DNA from: Flectonema sp. DT1601
Lineage: Eukaryota
Direction of reading: 5' to 3'
DNA: 64,000 nt
Assembly: GCA_964019425.1 (NCBI GenBank)
Contig: OZ025802.1
Span: 620,001-684,000, forward strand
The notes below the pieces were generated by a model. The model saw only the letters and a program-made list of their open reading frames with translations, searched no databases and was not told where the DNA came from. Position 1 is the first letter of the stretch. Every line of letters begins with the position of its first letter. Made by a program: the position numbers and the translations under genes. Shown here piece by piece: positions 32,854 to 46,774 of this stretch.

Positions 32854-35695
32854 CTACACCTCTTCGAACCACTGCCACCAATGTTGTTTTCCGCCTGCTT
32901 TCATCTCAGCAAGGACATCTTGATGTAAACCCTCAAAGAACTTCTTTGCTTCAAGATCTGCCTTCGAGTAAGGAGCCCTACGTGTTAGTGTAAGCAACAA
33001 GCTGTAGGTTTCAGCAGTTGCTTCAATGGAATTTTCCTTCATGAGAGTGCGAATCTCTTCGATTCTTGCTTGGAAGGTATATATATTGATTTCATGTGCT
33101 TTAGCTTTTCCCAAAGAAGAAAGTGACGTTGACAACGTATCCAGCAGAAAAGACAGAAGCGCATTCACCGTATGAACAGAATGCAAACACCGAAACCGGT
33201 CTTCCCATCTAGCTGCGAGACTTGGCACATCCCTTGGCCCTATTTGAATAACTGCTTTTTTTTGAGGATCAAAATAGCTTCCGCCTTGTCCTCTTGGAAT
33301 ACCAACGGATTTCTCCCACCTCTTCTCAACATATTCGACTTCGGATTTGAATAAATCAAACGCATCATCAATATCACTAACTCCAGGTGTTCCTAACTCC
33401 CAAGGTTTGCTACGGAGATAAAGACTAAAGAATTCTTCTCCATATCCGGTGTCAGGATACGACAACACTGGATGGCCATGAAGATGAGTTGTTTGATTGC
33501 GTTTTGATTCAGATGCGGCATGAGACCCAGAAACACCAACTAAACCATATTCCTCACGCAGAGCCATGTATACGGCATCAAAACCTCTTACAGAAGACTT
33601 GACATGTTCAGCAATTATAAGACGGTCCTCTTTAATAGGTGCTGTACTTGAAACAGTGAGTAGAGCTGTATTTAGATTTGTACAAGGCCATAAATGAGCA
33701 TGTCGCAATGCGATATGTGTGATGTTTGCAATTGTTGACCCGGCACTAGCAGCGGAACCGATGTCAATAATTCTTTCAACGGATGATGTGAACACTTGTT
33801 GAATTGCTGGAGTTCTTCTTAATAATTCTTTTCTAACTGTTGTACTGTTGGTTGTTGATCTCTCAAGGTACTGTCTTGAGAGGTTAACTGCATCAATTTC
33901 AGCTTTCAGAGCAGCTGGTCCCTGTCCTGAATAAAGAGTTTCCACTGCTATCCTCCTGGGCCTTTCAAAGATATCAAGATCACGGCAGAACTCGAACAGA
34001 TTATATTTCCGAAACGGTGATCTCACATTATTCACAGGAGGTAATATAGACATAGGAGCAAAGTATGACAACGCTACTCTAGCAGTGGCTGGAGATAATA
34101 AGGTTCGTTGGTTAACAGGAAGAAATATGTCTTTTTCGATATTACATCCGATTGTGACATCGTCTGCGTGATCAGAGTATTCAGTCAGCTCGATGGGTAG
34201 CGTCATCTCACCGATAATTTCTGATCTGAGAGGAGCAATACGATCTGCGTCATAAATAGATAACATTGATATTGCTTTTAGTGATGATCTGAATCTTTGT
34301 AATGTTGCCTCAATAAGCGACTGTACTGTTGCCCCGTCAAGTCTTTGACTTGTTGCTGCAGCACCCTGTCTGTGGATCATTTCAGTGCAAAGTTCGTTGT
34401 AACTTGATATGCAATGAAGTCTGATATCTTTAATAGTCTGGCGAGATGCTACGTTTTCTTCTTCTGTTAAAAGTTTAGCCTCCCATGTGGGGAGCTGCAT
34501 GCTTGTTAAGGCTTTTCCAGTTTTAGTACTTCGGGGTACAGATCCAGTTATGATTTCAGCACTGGTAAGTTCTGATATTGTTTCTGAATCTTTGATGATG
34601 TGTTTGATATTTTCGTGTGAGATCATCGCAATTAATTTTTTAAGAAGATCTCCTTTCCTTTCGTCACAACGACGCTCTTTCATTTCTGATCCTGAAATCG
34701 ATCTCTCATCTAACCTATTTGATATCTCACCTGACCCGTCAATCGCTGCTTCGTGTTTCTGAAGACTTACTATCACAGTCTTTCTCTCTTTCTCCTCAAG
34801 TAAGAAATCACGATATATTTCTAACCCTTTACGGTCAGTACAATACCCAGCAACAACATTAAGAAGTTCTACAACACGAGCATCAGCAGTTTTAATTGGT
34901 GCAATTTGCTTTGAATCTGGAGTGTCATTAAATTTATTAAAAAACGCTTGGGTTGATTCAGATGACTCTGAAACATCCATCAACGCTTTCTGAACTGCAG
35001 CAGTTAATTTTGCTTCTGGAATGTCAACTATTCGATCAGCAAGCTCATCACAATACTCCTGACACAGCGTGTGCAGCTGTTGTTTTATTTATTTTTATTT
35101 TTTTAATAAGCATCCTGTCAACGACAACAAAAGACAAAATCATACCGTATTACGTATTAAATCTAAAGTGTTAATGTCAGGCTTTGCTCCAGCCTTTGTA
35201 AGTTCAAGATACAAGAGCCATACGTGCTGTTTTTTTTTTTTTTTTTTTTTTATTTACATTTATTAAGAATGTCGTAAAAACAAGTACACCATTGGTTGAT
35301 TAGTAATATAAAAAAAGTCACACCTTACGATTTCCGCGAGTATCAGAAATGCTACGAAATCGTTGAGCCGAAGCTAAATACAAGTTCATAAATGTGGTAG
35401 TTACCGGGATTCCTCTTTCTATCATTTCTAGGTAGTATGGTGTAGCTTCAGCAAAACCAAGACACTGTCTAACCTTGTTAGCGTATTCATCTGCTAAGTT
35501 CCTTTTTGAAAAATCTTTTTCTTCATTCTTGTCCATCTCCCACGGGTCTGATCCCAATTTCCACTTTCTTGGAAGCCATTTTCTTCTCATCGCAACTTTA
35601 TACATGCTCGGATCAATCGCCTGTCTTGGATCAGGCGAGTACTTCGCATTGTACACTTGTTGCGGTAACGCATTTGATATAGAGGTTCGCTTCAT
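32854..35695 (-). CDS. 891-aa protein with PPR-like motifs, probably a mitochondrial RNA-binding protein; introns 35227-35323 and 35077-35145
   Basis: Exons 35695-35324, 35226-35146 and 35076-32854 join in frame. PPR-like EATPYYLEMIERGIPVTTTFMNLYLAS, WLLYLELTKAGAKPDINTLDLI, IRTLMKENSIEATAETYSLLL. Confidence 0.75.
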
Positions 35696-38600
35696 GCTGT
35701 CATAAAGACTGTAGGGAAGGAATATTTATTTTAAAAAGAAAAAAATGAATGAATCACATCCCCTGATAAGCGTTGCTAACTTAACTGTAGTATCTTGATC
35801 ACGACTGGAAAAAAGAAAAAAAATTCATATACTCACAACTATTTAAAAACAAGCTAAAGACATATACACAGGATGTTGCACCATACTTTAAGTCTGTGAA
35901 ACCATTTCATAGAGAACGGCAGTTTTTTTTTTTTTTTTTCCTTTCAATTTTGCCTCTTTCACTATAAGTATAACAAACAAACGGGAAAAACGGAAAAATA
36001 GTACGAAGGATTTACCCAAGAGGCTGGTTCTAAAGTATCTGAACGTTGCGGCAAATGATTTAAATATAAACTTCTGGTTTTCAACTTTTTTTTTTTTTTT
36101 TTTTTGCATATTTAGTTTCCCTTTATTATTCTCTTTTTCTTTTTTTTTTTTCCCTTTGTGTGTTTCACAATGAGCTGTTGCTTATAAGGGGTAATTTGAT
36201 ACTTGGGGGAAAAAAGTACTACAAAAAAAAAAGTGGGGGGTGGGGAAAAAAGGAATGGTGAATATGTGTAAACACAAATGTATTGTATCATATTAACATA
36301 ACGATAATTTAACAATCTGTTAAGGATACGCGTTAGTCAACATTGGTGTGTCCACGTGTGTATCCGGTACTTCATAAACTAGATTATGACTTTTGTCTAT
36401 CTCTTACCGAAGATTATCTACCTCGAAGTTCTATGCGTAATAATAATAGTTCCTATATCCAAATATAGTTCTCTATAGTTCAGAAAGTATTCCCTTGGGA
36501 ATGTGTCAACAATACTCGTTTCTTGAGCTATGACCTTTTTTTTTATTATTAGTGATGGTCTTCAGCTCATATGAACTATTTTTTGTTAACGTGTTGTGAC
36601 TTTTGATATGATCGGGAACCGTCTTTTATGATTGGAACCAACTGCGTCTTTCGGAATAGGGAACAAAAAAAATAAAATATATACTGGAGTAGGGGACAAA
36701 CAGAGGGACGGGGAATGATGTTGGAAAGTTTTCTTGCGGGGGAAGACTGTTTGATTAGGTTCATACGAATATAAATCTCTGTATTGTATCAAAAGCTCAA
36801 TAATAAAATTAAAAAACTAATGACACAGTGACTAAAGAAATAAACAATCTTTATAAAAATAAAATAAAAACGAACATTTCTTAGTAAAATTCTTTATAAG
36901 AAGGTCAAGACAAGGGAGATTTTGGCAGACAAACCGACACCAGGTTGGTGATTTCGGAAATTTTTGCGTTGGAATTAGGGGGATTTTCCCTTATTTGTAT
37001 TTTTATCATTTCCCTTAGATATCTCCAGAAGAAAGCAATTTTAAGTTAACAAGTTTATAGATTTTATTTATCTAAAGTGAAAAATTCTCTCAAAAAGAAG
37101 AAAGAAGAAAAAAAAGATATGACACTGTTGGTATTCACCCTTTTCCAGAAAGAAAGAAAAGAGAGAGAGAAACTTTCCACTTATTTAATTTTCCTTGTTT
37201 GTTTTGCTTGAGTAACCACGAATTACAAATAAAAGAAGTTAACACGCGATTCTACAATCAGCTATGTAACTGACTTTTTTCTTTTTTTGAAAAAAAAAGG
37301 CTAATTAACAAAAGAGTATTGTGAAATCTGCGTAAGTGGAAGTTTTTATTGTAGTGCAAAGCATGAGTGGTTGTAACCAGGGCTGTAGTAAAATAATTGT
37401 TTATTAAATAAAGGGGGGGGGAAAACAAGCTACAGGGGGAATGAAAAAAAACAATCCCTTCTTGTGTTACACGCATGGACTGGTTTGTGGCTACCAGTTG
37501 TGTGTACGTTAAAACAAAACAGAAAAAAAAGTAAATTGGTTTTGAGATCAAAAAACAAAACAATTTTTTTCTGCTTTAAAAAAAAAAAAAAAAAAAAAAA
37601 GAGAACACGTTGGTGTGCAGGGAAAGGGTTTGTCGCCAACAACGTTAGAACACGCATGCCAAAGTAGAACAGGCCTTTTTTGCTTGCTGTTTTGGCCATC
37701 GAAAGAATACGTGTAAAAAGAAAAATTGGAAAAGAAAAGAAACTTAAAAACGAAAAAAAAGAACACCAAAAAAAGACTCGTGGAAGAAAAATAAAGAAAA
37801 AGATCGATCCCATCCGCTTTATTGATTTCAATTGTTCATTCTAATCCTCCTTTTCTGTTTGGCTAAAAAAACAAACTCACCCGATCACTGCAATTAAAAT
37901 TAAAATAAGAGGGGAAAACGGTTAGGGCTCTGCGATATATATTATTATTATGTACGAGGGTGAATCATCATCATCAGCATCATCTTTTTTTTCTTTTTTT
38001 TTTTTTTTGTTGTTGTAGTTGGTGCAAAAAAACAGCTACGATTAATGAATAAAATATCCACATAAAATAGAAATGAAACTAAGAAAAAAAATTTTGGCAG
38101 AAAACCTGAAATCCATGTAAGAACAAAACAGGCAGGCAAAATAGTACCACACCGAAGTAAACTTCAGCCATATTAATGAGACAAACAATAATAAAAACGA
38201 AAAATGCTAAACAAGAACTTATACTTCCCTTCTCCATCTAAAATGTCAGTAGGGATGGAGAGAAAAAAAAAAAGAGGGGGGAAAAAAAAGGAGGGAAAAA
38301 AATACAGGTTATTACCAGTCACTCACAAGACATAATTTGCTACCAGATCCTTCTTTTTTGACTAAAAAGAAAAATAGGATCAGCAACTGCGCTAAAAACA
38401 CATCTTTTTTTTTTTTTTTTTTTCTTCTATCACTTCGACAGGAAATGATTCTTTTTTTTTTTTCTTTCTTTTAAAATCAGAAAACACGAATCCAAAGTCA
38501 GAAGGGATGGAGAAAAAAAAAAAAGAAAGAAAAAAAGGAGCTGAAATTTTGAATTTTTCTCCATGGCTATTGGTCTCCTCCACGACTATTGGTAACACCA

Positions 38601-39709
38601 GACTAATTTTCTTTTTTCTTTTTTTTTTTCCTTTTCCCCCCCTCCTCCTCCCTCAACGAAAGCAATTACATTTCTAACAAAAACAACAAACTCTCAGACA
38701 AGAAGCAGCAATCCCGATCCAAGTCAGAGAGGATATCGGATCATGCTATAGAATACAACTAATCAGATTAATAAACTGTTGACTGAAGTGAGAAGTAATT
38801 CTTTGGGAGTCCTCCTATCAGTTTTCGGGTCAAGTAAGTTGTGATCTCTTTTACGATCCGTATGAGATATTATTCATACGACTTAGTTAGTATTAATGGT
38901 TATCAGTCAAAGAAGGAGAGAGGGCGGGAAAATTCAATCAAATGCAAAAGTTCGTAGGACAACAAACAAATAATATCGGTTATACAGACTTATCAATTAT
39001 GACGCAGAGTGACCAACAATTTTATTTTCGAAACCTTTCCCCAGTCTTCAGTTTCTGCTGAATAAATTGATTTTTTTTTTTTTTTTTTTTTGTTTCCTAT
39101 AAGCATGGATGAATTTAAAAAATATATACTCTGAAGGGACTGATGGAAACGATGCTTTGCCAGTTTTTTTTTTTTTTTTTTTTTTTCTCCTCTCTCATTC
39201 TTTCCATTATTAGGAAACAATTAGACAGGATTCACTATAATAATAGATGCCACTTAGAATATCGAAAACCCTCTTTGATCTCAAAGATTCCTTTCTTTTT
39301 TTTTTTTTATCTTTTTTTATCTTCTCACCCGACGACTACATTATAAATGTTTAAACGCACGGTATATAAATTTTCAGCAGGAATCGTAAAGCGATGGTTT
39401 TTTTTTTAGTCTTGCTACGCAAATATTCTAGTAAAAAGTGAGTCAATAGGAGAAGAATAGGAAAACTCAGCCAAAAAAGAAAAAAGGGGGGGGAAATGAA
39501 GAGAGAGCGAGAGAAATAATGATGTTTTTTTTTTTTTTTTTTTTTTTTTGGAAAACTTTCAATTCCACAAAAACAGTTTTCGAAATCGCCCGACTGGTGG
39601 TTGATTATTCTATACTATGTAGTTACATTTCCCAACAGTATAATTATTCCCGGTGGTTCCGAGTGGTTAAAATCTCGGAAACTACTTTTGAGGAACTAGG
39701 AGTTTTCCT

Positions 39710-39742
<33 letters not shown>

Positions 39743-40355
39743 CCACTCCATAGCCTGCGGTTTTCTGTGAATCTCAAGTCAAGACCATTTCACAACCAAG
39801 TAACTATCAGGTTATATATAGCATCTATAATTTTAACTAACCTAGTAGGCAAACAGCCGTACCGCTAAACCAGACTTGCTAATGGAAAGAAAACACACAA
39901 AGAGAGGCGATGCACAAAACCGCAGAACACAGAGTATTGTTGTTTTTAAAAAAGTTAGTTGTAACGAAGCAAGGAAGGAAAAAAGAATTACCACGAATCA
40001 CATGAGATCGTTGATGAAAACTACACAGCTTTTAATTGTTTCTTTTGTGACAGGCTTGTTTTTATTTGGGGCTGGCAAGAAACGAATCCCCCGTCCAAAA
40101 ACACAGGCAACAACACCTGTAGACACGCGCTAGAAGCAAACCGCCAACAATGGCAGTGGCAAGGAGGAAATGAATACGAGGGAAGGGAATCTGGCAAGAG
40201 ACAGATTTTTTGGTAACCTGTCCACCAGTAATGGACTTCTTTTATTGTATTTTTTCTCGAAGTCAAGGAGAGAACAAAAAAAAAAGTTTTCAACCTTCTG
40301 GAAGAACAACGTCAAACAAGCGACGTCTAGTCTTTGCCGCAAAAAAATACAAATT

Positions 40356-40391
<36 letters not shown>

Positions 40392-40750
40392 TCGGACCGA
40401 CAATTCAAATATCACAACCTACACTACTAATCCGTTATATGTGAGGTACCGACCGTCAGATCGATTATAAGTCGGTTTTCTTCCTGAAAATGTGCTTTAA
40501 TATTACCAACTGATACTCTTTCAGTATTGGTTAGGTCATTTACGCAATACCGCACTTTTTTTTCTTTTTTTTTCCAATTTTTCTTTATAAAAACCCAAGA
40601 CAAATAAGAAAACCAATATTCAACCGTGGGAAACCGAAAAAAATACTTACTGTACCGAATATAAAAACTGACTTCTACCTGATCTAAAGCAGCTGAACAC
40701 ACAAAACAAAGCAAAAGAAACAGTTTCTTCTTCTTTTTTTTTTTTTTTTT

Positions 40751-41027
40751 GGGAAAACTCCTAATTCCACAAAAAATAGTTTGCGAAATCGCATGCCAAT
40801 TTCTCTTATTAAAAAGCCTTACGAAAATAGAGACCTGCGAGATTTCCTGTATCACTGAATTGTAATAAGAAGAAATGGGAATCAGAACGTGATATTAATA
40901 TTAAATGGAAAGCAACTTGAAACTGGCAAAAACGAATAGAGGGACTCTGCCTAAACTATTTGCCAATATAAGAAGATCAACACTTGGTATCGACAAAAAA
41001 TCCCATACGTGCTGTCGAACATGGGGA
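40751..41027 (+). repeat. Dispersed repeat family B, longest copy
   Basis: Partial copies at 39550-39600, 41242-41390 and 43271-43405, and an inverted copy at ~36935-36992 (shared e.g. GCATGCCAATTTCTCTTAT, ATTAAATGGAAAGCAACTTGAAACTGGC). Confidence 0.8.
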
Positions 41028-43675
41028 GAAGCAAAAAAAAAAAAAAAAAAAAGAAACTTGCTAATAAATAAATGGACAATCCACGAAGGTCTCTGGACGT
41101 CACCAGCGAAGTCGCATTTCGAGAGCCGATGATCAACCCCTTAAGAGATACGGTTCAAACTTTCAAAAAATAAGACTTTTGGTACTTAATATGACAAAAA
41201 CAGTAAATTCGGAAGCAGCTGTCACAAAGTTTATGTGAACACGCATGCCAATTTCTCTTATAAAAAGTCTTACAAAAATAGAGACCTGCGAGTTTTTCCT
41301 GTATCACCGAATCGTAAAAAAATGAATGGGGATAACAACTTTTGATACCATTAAAATGGTTTGGCCAAACCTGGTTGCATTACAACAACATCAACCGTGT
41401 TGGGGACAAAAAGGGGGAAAAAAAAAAGAAAAAAAAAGAAAAGAAAAACTTTTATGGCATAGTTTTCATATTATAAAAAAAAAACTGAACCTAAAATTTC
41501 CTGGAGTGAATCTCGGAAACATGCAAAGGCCGATGAATCGACCCTTTTAAGGGACAGCATGCGGAAAGATACATCCTGTCTTAGTTATGATAAGTTAATT
41601 TTATCACTAAACCTGCGAAGAAGTAAAAAGTTAGATGGAAACTTACTATTGGGAAGTCAAAAGAAATCATCTCAACTAATCAATAAAAGACGCATGGAAG
41701 AATCAGCTTCTGATGGACTTGCATCTTTGAACCCCCCCCCAATGGAGTTTCCTTTTTTTTTTTTTTTTTTTTGCATCCAGACCGTTGTATGGAAGGAAGT
41801 ATAATTGACCCGATAGATCACAGTTCACAATTCCGTTCTCCGTGTTTTATTCCATTTTTTTTTTTTTTCTCTGGTTGCGTCGCTGAATCTAAACCAAACC
41901 AACATCTCAGGTTAAATCGGCCTCAGCGACTGCAAAAATGCAAAAGCGTTTTTGTGTGTGTTCGTAAAGGGTTTTCTGATTTCTGACTAGCAGCGCCAAG
42001 CCCTATGCAAGTGATTCTTTAACCCCATTATACTTCACCCCCTCAGGAATTATCGAACAAGATCAAAGGCTCAATTATACCTTTTTTTTTAAAAAAAAAT
42101 ACCCAGCGTCATTACGTCGAACTTTCGACACGATAAATGCGAACGATTAATTCTTTTCGAAGTCACGCTTAAAACAACATAAATAGTAACTACCGTACAA
42201 TAGCAACAGTAGTAAGGTGGGTTCTTTGATCAGCAGGAAGATTGAAAAAAAAAAGAATTAAAAAAAAGGTTACAACAACAAAAAAAAAAATTTTTTTTTC
42301 TTCCTTTCCTAATAGACTTTTCAAATAAAAATAGGCACAACCGTCATGCAAAAAAATGGGAAAGCGAAATTGGAATACACAAATAACGGGAATCTCTTCC
42401 CATTATTTATGTATTTTTTTATTTTTATTTTTTTTTTTTTTGTACCGATGTAGTCTGAGAAAAGAAACTATTCAGATTGAAAGCCGTTTATTTTTTATTG
42501 TCATGATTTATTTTCCCCCCCCCCCTATGCGACAGGATACAGGAAAATATAAGCCTGATCTGAAAGCATTGTGTCTGAAGACTACACATTCATTTCGTGG
42601 GTTAGTTAGTATAAGTTAGCAGGGGTTTCTATCTCTCGTAGCGAAGACGACTAATTTACCATTTTCCATTTTTGGATCATTTAATGAAAAATATTATAAT
42701 AGCTTTTTTTTCTTTTTTTTTTTTTCCTTCACTGCTTTAAAAAAAAGGATTGTACAAAAAAAGAAACCAGTACTGATTTTTTTTTTTTTTGATTTTTTTG
42801 TTTTTTGTTTTTTGGGAAAACCTAGGATAGAAGCCCATAAAAAGTTTGGAGAAATTCTTCGGTCAGGTTTTCTCTTTTTTTTTTTTCATTTCACAAGGTT
42901 AGGGATGCCACACTCATAGGAAGACAAACACGCTTCATGCTGATATGTGCACAAATCAGTGTGTCTTTCAGAGGTGTAAGAATAGTAGAACGAACCATAC
43001 ACGACGTACAACAATAAGGATACTATTATTGGAAAGTTTTTATCTTTTTTCCCCCTCCCCCCCCCCTTATTCTATTGATTTCTTTCTTTTTATCCAAAGA
43101 AGCCGAGTCAAGCTTCACTTTTAAACTTTTTGTTTAAACAAAAAAAACAAAAACAAAATAAACAACTACAAGCACACTACATGGCATCCAAACAACAAAT
43201 AAAATGTCACAGAAGATAATTTATTTGGGATGACCTTAACTCTATAAAAAAAAGAAGAAGGGAGGTAGCTTGATACTAATATTAAATGGAAAGCAACTTG
43301 AAACTGGCTAAAACGAGAATAGGGTTCGGCCAAACCTGGTTGCAATATAAGAAAATCAACAATTGGTATCAATAAAAAATCCCATATGTCGAATATGGGG
43401 ATTCGGGGACCACGTACTACAGGTTGAGCGCCCCATCCCCTGTAGCCCGTTACAGCTTAAAATAGTATTCCTTTACACTTCAAAAACAAACAAATATTAA
43501 AGGAAAATTAAAAAAGGTAAACTATTTTTTGCAAAAATAATCAAAAAATAAAATAGCACACTACCAGTGGAGCACATCTCGCAATACTTCGCTGCGAGTG
43601 ATAATTAAACATGTTTTCTTTCATCTCGAAAGACTTCGCAATGGGTTCGGTGTTCTATGAGGCCTCGTAAACTAA

Positions 43676-44075
43676 ATAGTCTTCCAGCCTGGGATTCCGT
43701 GGATAAACAATCCCAAACAACTTAGACACACATCATAATCGCACTCTTTTTGTCTACATTGGAATGCCAGATTATAAGCGGTTTGTGGCATGTTTAGGTC
43801 ACAGATAATATGTTAAGGTACATATTACTACTTACTTTCGCAAATTGCAGGTTGTGTCCTGCTGGACATAAGTGAAGCTGCTCTCTAAAAATTAGAATGT
43901 CTGAATTATGTTGTCCACGAACTGTTACACTATTGGTACTTCGATGGGATCAAGCTGACAGTAGCCACGACAATGTCAAACCGCTCGGATTTAACCTCAC
44001 AAACTGTATCCGTGACTTCTTCTAATTCATCATCCTCAACGACTTCATCAAGTTCTAATAAGATTGAAGACTTAG
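43676..44075 (-). pseudogene. Decayed coding fragment with Cys/His zinc-finger (C1/ZZ-like) motif
   Basis: Frameshifted pieces LDEVVEDDELEEV, LCPAGHNLQF, IICD and AFQCRQKECDYDVCLSC, separated by stops. Confidence 0.45.
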
Positions 44076-45265
44076 TTGTGGATATAGTTGTTGAAGGTTA
44101 AAAGGTTCATAGTGGCACCCGCTTTCGATATAAGAGGCGCCCGCAAATTCAGGGAACACACCTTCACTAATTATGGTACTATTAAATTCATTAAAACCTC
44201 ATGATTCCATTGTGACATGGTATATAAAGTACATCGTCTTCTGTCACTTCTTCTTGGTAAGATCGGCATGTAGTGCTCAGAAGTAGTATGGTGTGCTATA
44301 ATGCCAACTGTACCCCCAAAAATACGTGTCCTCTGGGAGGGAACTTTGATACGATACGAAAAGATTTATCTGGGAAGAATACTGCAGGTCTTTGCACAAA
44401 AAAATAAAAATACTGTCACCATGAAACAGGAGGCGTTGAACACTTGCCTGGTTTCTTTGGTGGAGGCCACGTGAACGTGGGAGGGAGGGGAAAAAAAAAA
44501 AAAAAAAAAAAAGCAAACTCATCGAAGTGTAGCATTTTTTTTTTTTTTTTTTTTTTTTGTTCCCCGTTTTTTTTTTTTTTTTTATTGTAAAAAAGCGGGA
44601 AAACGTTATTTGCAAAAGGCACTCAAATGACTGTCAGCGTAACAGGTATAATGGTCAAAATATAAATTGCGCTCAAACTAGGGAAAAGCGACTGAAATAT
44701 GACGGGGAGGGGAACGAAATTAGATTCCGTGCTCTGCTTTTTTTTTTTTTTTTTTTCCGTTCGAAAAAAGATATTTCTTTGTCACACATTTTACTCAAAC
44801 AGTAACTTGAAGAAAAAAAAAAAAATAATAATAATAAACAAAAAATAGTAATTTCGAGACAGGGGAGGGAACCAATAAGACTAAGATAAACAATGTCCTA
44901 ACAAGAAAACTGACTTAACCGCCTTCTGCTTTCCTGCTATTATTACACGAAGCGATACATTACAAGATTTACACAGAACCGTACGGTTGGCTATTCTTTT
45001 ACTTTATTCTTTGAATAGCAGTAACACAACATGACTACTTAAAATATGGCTTGTGTCTTTAAAAAAAAAAAAAAAAAAAAAAATTCAGATTGTCACGCAC
45101 TCTTAAGAATACGCAATCGTTTCCCTCCTAAAGCCACACTAGAGGAGAAGATGAGGAACTTAGTATTTTTTTTATTTACTTCTGGTTCCCCCTTTGCGCA
45201 GAACCAATCTGCTCCCCCATTGTCATGCCTGCCAGATATAGATCGACAATTCGCATTATCCTGTC

Positions 45266-46240
45266 TCAAGGATCAACATAGAACCACTTACGGCCGAATG
45301 TTTGTTCAACAGCACGAATGCAGCCAATATCTTTCATGCCTGCAGTGTTAATTGTTGACAGAGCAAATGGTGACTCAGATGCGTCCTCCCTCTTCTTCCA
45401 TTCTGGACTATGCGGTTCAATGTTTTCAGGAATAATTGCTCTCAAATGAGGTGTTTCCTGTGCGAATTGCAAGTACCCAGACACCCACAAATCATCTGTC
45501 GTAAAACACGGCTTTGGCGGTTTCGCCAATACTGTTAAGTTATGAAACATTGATCTTCTGTATGCATTACCACACACTGCTTGTAATACTTCAACTCTAT
45601 GACCAGATGCCCCTCTAAAGATCCAAGGAACATACACTGGGATTAGGGCCATTTGATGCCAAATTCTTTGAAATCCCCAACCACAATCACCCCAGGCAGT
45701 GTTCTTATCGTGTTTTGAGTAGTACACGAGAGTACGAACCGTATCAGGACTATAAATCTTATCATCATCGACAGTAATAATAAGTGTGTCTGGATCATGT
45801 TCCTCTTCTAGAGATGGAAACAGCTTCGTGAGAGGACCGAAGTCACGATCTGGTCGAAGAACACGAACACGTTCGTAGTTCTTAACGTACTCAGGTACGT
45901 AGTAAGAAGCTCCACTACGAGATTTTTGTTTTGGTAAATTAAGATAAATTACATCCGCTTGATATGTTTGTTCTGATAAAGATTTTAGTGTAGCCTCAAG
46001 CAAATCCAGATGATGTGGCATGGTGGTGAGGCTTAAAACTACTCTAAAGTCTTCTCTTTGTTCACCAAAAGTCTTTGGAATTGGTCTCGGAATAGTAGCA
46101 TTGTGAGCTGTCGTCCGCAACTGTACAAACGGAGGCATGAATGTTCCATGATCCAGTACTATCTTCCACCCTAGTTGACATGTTATTAGCAACGCAAATA
46201 CGATGCAGAATATACGAATCCGAACGGCTAAGCAAACCAT
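45266..46240 (-). CDS. Type II membrane GT-A-fold glycosyltransferase
   Basis: N-terminal TM helix; VVLSLTTMP..TLKSLSEQT, DFGPLTKL, DxD motif IITVDDDKIY, TTDDLWVSGYL. Confidence 0.8.
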   Translation of the reverse strand: MVCLAVRIRIFCIVFALLITCQLGWKIVLDHGTFMPPFVQLRTTAHNATIPRPIPKTFGEQREDFRVVLSLTTMPHHLDLLEATLKSLSEQTYQADVIYLNLPKQKSRSGASYYVPEYVKNYERVRVLRPDRDFGPLTKLFPSLEEEHDPDTLIITVDDDKIYSPDTVRTLVYYSKHDKNTAWGDCGWGFQRIWHQMALIPVYVPWIFRGASGHRVEVLQAVCGNAYRRSMFHNLTVLAKPPKPCFTTDDLWVSGYLQFAQETPHLRAIIPENIEPHSPEWKKREDASESPFALSTINTAGMKDIGCIRAVEQTFGRKWFYVDP

Positions 46241-46774
46241 CGCAATTGTTTTTTACTGAAATGAATTAATATAATAGCACTTCGTACTGAACCTTATACA
46301 ATGTACTTCTCTGACACCTGTTGGAGTAACATGAATAAATAATAACTTCATGACACGTTAAACTCACACCTTAATCTATAGTAGTTAGTTAGTAGGTACA
46401 GCAAATGACAATAAAAAATAAAAAATAAAAAATCAACAAACTCATTACACAATAAACATGTACAAAAAGCCTTTAATCGACCCTTTTTACTGTTTTCCTC
46501 TTCTTCCTCTAGAATAGTCTCCTGACCAAGAATATCCACTACGAATTAAAAACGTTAGCAAAATCAAACAACAACGACGTAAGTCGGTGTTTGCTTGATT
46601 TTGCTTCACCGTAAGTTTTTCGTGAGTACAACTCATCGATCGGTAGTGCTCCTCTTATGAGGTATTGAGTCAGTGTTCTTTTGACAAAGAAGAGAGTTAT
46701 GCGCCGAAGTGGGAGAAGAACTGAAACTGGTCATAGCGCAAACAGAGCATTGAGTGAGTTAGTGTGAGGGTTGT

